DNA from: an uncultured virus (IMG/VR IMGVR_UViG_3300046171_000308)
Taxonomy: Duplodnaviria; Heunggongvirae; Uroviricota; Caudoviricetes
IMG/VR virus record: IMGVR_UViG_3300046171_000308
Length of the DNA: 64,000 nt
Direction: 5' to 3' (one strand)
The position numbers and the translations under genes were made by a program. The notes below the pieces were generated by a model. That model worked only from the letters and a program-made list of their open reading frames with translations. It had not been told where the DNA came from and searched no databases. Shown in pieces: positions 61,498 through 64,000 of the stretch (positions are counted from its first letter, which is position 1; every line of letters begins with the position of its first letter).

Positions 61498-63943
61498 TAC
61501 AATTACTGCACAACAAACAGTAGAACCCGAGCCACCAGCAGAAAGTGAACACGTAGGCACTGAACTGTCGCAAGAAGAATTGGACGCAGCAATTCAGGCA
61601 AATAGGAAATATGAGATGAAGCGCTCAGTTCATGCTTGGCTTTGTTTTCATTCTGGTTTGTTTAGCGAATGGGGACTGACCCACGACTACATTGACGATG
61701 CTGCAAATACAACATCTATCAGAATGCATGAAGAAGGTCACTACAGATGGGATAGTGCAATAGAGTCAAGAAGAAATGCGATGTGTTCGTTAAGAACTCA
61801 GATAGGGGTAAATATTACACCAGCCCCAATAGTTTTCGATATAGAAGGTATCGGCTTAGGCTATAATCTCCCTGGTTTTTGTGATATCCCTGATAACGTT
61901 TTAGCTAGCTTTAACACCCTCTTTGACAGAGATGCAGGGTGCCATTATTCTAGTTGGTCCGAGTATTGTAACTATTATCGCAACCTCGCATCCTACTTAG
62001 TTTACGATTTAGAAGCTGTACTAAATATTCTAAGCGACTTACTTCCTGACTATTTACCTCAAGTTGATAGCGCATGGGCTCAAAGACAACAGAACCGCCA
62101 TTATCGAAAACCTTCAATTCAAGTTTTAGGAGTCCATTGCGACAGAGACAGGACGGTTGGAGAGGCGCTTAGTTCCAGAGAACTCGGCAGATTAGTCCGG
62201 GTTCATGGACAAATTACGCTACTTTCTCCTAAGAAGACACAGTTTGTTGAAGCAGTTTTCAAGTGCAGTCGCTGCGATAACCCCGACAATCAGATAGTTA
62301 GACAAAACCCATATGACGATGAATTACTTTATCCACTTCCATGTTCAGTCCCAGGTCATACTGGTTGGACTTTACTAGAACCGCCAGAATCTAAGACTAT
62401 TACAATTAGAAGAGCACACATTCAAGACCCCCAAGTTAGTTCTAGCGATTCTCCTGTAGTCTTAGTAGAGTTTCAACAAGAACTAAGCGCTTCAATTGGA
62501 CCGGGAGAAGAGGTCGTTTTAGTTGGCTATGTTAGGTCAAGACCAATGAATAAGACTTCTAAAAAAGATAGAAACCGAGAGGTATTTCTAATTGTTACTG
62601 GGATAGAATCTAGTTCGGTTCAATCCGATATACAAGTCTTGCCAGAAGAAAGAGAAACGATAGAAGCATGGGCCAATGCTCGTTCTTTTAGTGAAAGAAT
62701 GGCAGCTTTGACACGCAGCTTTGCACCGCAGATTGTTGGTAGAGATTATGTCAAGCATGCTTTATTATTACAACAGGCTGGTGGTTCATCCAATACGACT
62801 CGGCCTGATATTCATGTTGCTTTGTTCGGAGACCCGGGTACTGGTAAGACTGTTATGGCTCGCGCAGCTTTAGGTTTATCACCCGCTTCAAGATACATTT
62901 CTGCAGAAAGAGCCACTATACCCGGTATGGTTGGTGGCATGTCTACAAAATCAGAGTTGTTTTCAAGCGGCGATAAAAGAGTCATAGTCCCAGGAGTTTT
63001 AGCTTCTGTCGGACCAGGTGGAATTGCTGTTATTGATGAAGCACACTTCCTAGATAGTAGGGGTAAAGATTTGTCAACTCAACTAAATACTGCTTTAGAG
63101 ACCCAAGAAGTACCATTAGCAATGGTAGACGGTGGAAAGGTTAGCACAAAGACGCCAGTTCTTTTTGCTGCAAACCCAAAGAAAGGAGACAATACAAGAT
63201 TCGATGAGTCTAGTAGCCTAACTTACGCTGAGCAAGCAGGTATGGCTTCATCTACTCTTTCTAGGGTAGACATACCAATTGTTATGATGGATAAGACACA
63301 AAGCGAAGACGAAGAAATGAGACGCGCCATGTCTGCTTTAATGAGTCTTAATGGAAATTTCAATACGGATAACCCCGACAGTGAGCTACTAGATTTGCGC
63401 TTTTTACAATGTTTCTTTTCTATGGCTAGAGAATTTAGACAAGTTTCTATCCCAATGGATATTATTCAATATATAGCAAAAGAACAAGTACAAAGTAGAC
63501 TAAATCGTACTGATGGAGATAGTGTAAGCAACCGTAGGATAAACTCTGTCGGCAGACTTGCTTGTGCAGCGGCGAAGATTTCTTTCTCTAATGTAGTTAC
63601 TAAAGAACACGCAGACTTTGCTATTTCTATTATGTCCAAGACTCTTATGGATATTTCGCCTTCAGCTTCTGAGGGCGGAAAAACTGCTCAGCAAGCGAAC
63701 CGAGACGAGGGAATTTGGAACGCACTTCACTCATATTATGCCTCTACTGAGAAGATAAAAGTCACAATGGGAGATTTTATCGAAGGTATTAGAGAACATT
63801 GGAATAATGTAAACGAGGGCCCTGTGCCAAAAGAAGTTGCTATCAGGAGAGCGATTACCGGATTCCAAGCTCAGGGCAAAAGACACCCCAAACATGGTGC
63901 TTTGCGCAAGTCAGGACAGGCATGGGGATTTGATAACGATTAA
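61484..63943 (+). CDS. mcm: MCM replicative helicase
   Basis: LGRLVRVHG; Zn site CSRC...C; FAPQIVG; Walker A GDPGTGKT; Walker B IDE; AANP; arginine finger LSR.D. Confidence 0.93.
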   Translation: MSEDNTITAQQTVEPEPPAESEHVGTELSQEELDAAIQANRKYEMKRSVHAWLCFHSGLFSEWGLTHDYIDDAANTTSIRMHEEGHYRWDSAIESRRNAMCSLRTQIGVNITPAPIVFDIEGIGLGYNLPGFCDIPDNVLASFNTLFDRDAGCHYSSWSEYCNYYRNLASYLVYDLEAVLNILSDLLPDYLPQVDSAWAQRQQNRHYRKPSIQVLGVHCDRDRTVGEALSSRELGRLVRVHGQITLLSPKKTQFVEAVFKCSRCDNPDNQIVRQNPYDDELLYPLPCSVPGHTGWTLLEPPESKTITIRRAHIQDPQVSSSDSPVVLVEFQQELSASIGPGEEVVLVGYVRSRPMNKTSKKDRNREVFLIVTGIESSSVQSDIQVLPEERETIEAWANARSFSERMAALTRSFAPQIVGRDYVKHALLLQQAGGSSNTTRPDIHVALFGDPGTGKTVMARAALGLSPASRYISAERATIPGMVGGMSTKSELFSSGDKRVIVPGVLASVGPGGIAVIDEAHFLDSRGKDLSTQLNTALETQEVPLAMVDGGKVSTKTPVLFAANPKKGDNTRFDESSSLTYAEQAGMASSTLSRVDIPIVMMDKTQSEDEEMRRAMSALMSLNGNFNTDNPDSELLDLRFLQCFFSMAREFRQVSIPMDIIQYIAKEQVQSRLNRTDGDSVSNRRINSVGRLACAAAKISFSNVVTKEHADFAISIMSKTLMDISPSASEGGKTAQQANRDEGIWNALHSYYASTEKIKVTMGDFIEGIREHWNNVNEGPVPKEVAIRRAITGFQAQGKRHPKHGALRKSGQAWGFDND

Positions 63944-64000
63944 TCACTTTCACTTAGGTAAAAACGGCTACAGGAATCTTTAATAGGCGTTTTACACCAC

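Overview
This window looks like most or all of the genome of a tailless, probably internal-membrane archaeal virus. The host is probably marine Poseidoniales (MGII), inferred from GGTGA ribosome-binding sites, TATA/leaderless promoters, an MCM helicase, a TFB homologue, tRNA-Arg(GCG) and a DUF3860-like protein. I see no terminase, portal, HK97 capsid, tail tube, integrase or DNA polymerase. Instead there is an A32/FtsK-HerA-type packaging ATPase, two candidate single jelly-roll capsid proteins, four paralogous beta-rich virion proteins, fibre/adhesin genes, many small membrane proteins and a membrane-anchored protamine-like protein. An iteron-rich origin candidate (13 copies of CCACCCTTT) lies upstream of MCM. 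The most striking feature is an apparent two-code virion protein processing or sorting system. A 19-44 kb block of giant modular proteins has its domains (JAB, HD, guanylate kinase, ParB-like, GNAT, primase-ligase, HAD phosphatase) separated by Asn-Pro linkers, often [RK][ST]NP. The flanking membrane proteins are instead punctuated by [LFM]G motifs. The genome encodes several candidate proteases, and its retropepsin-like protease shares the octapeptide GLSNPESE with a nearby gene product. All family calls come from reading motifs by eye, not from database searches.
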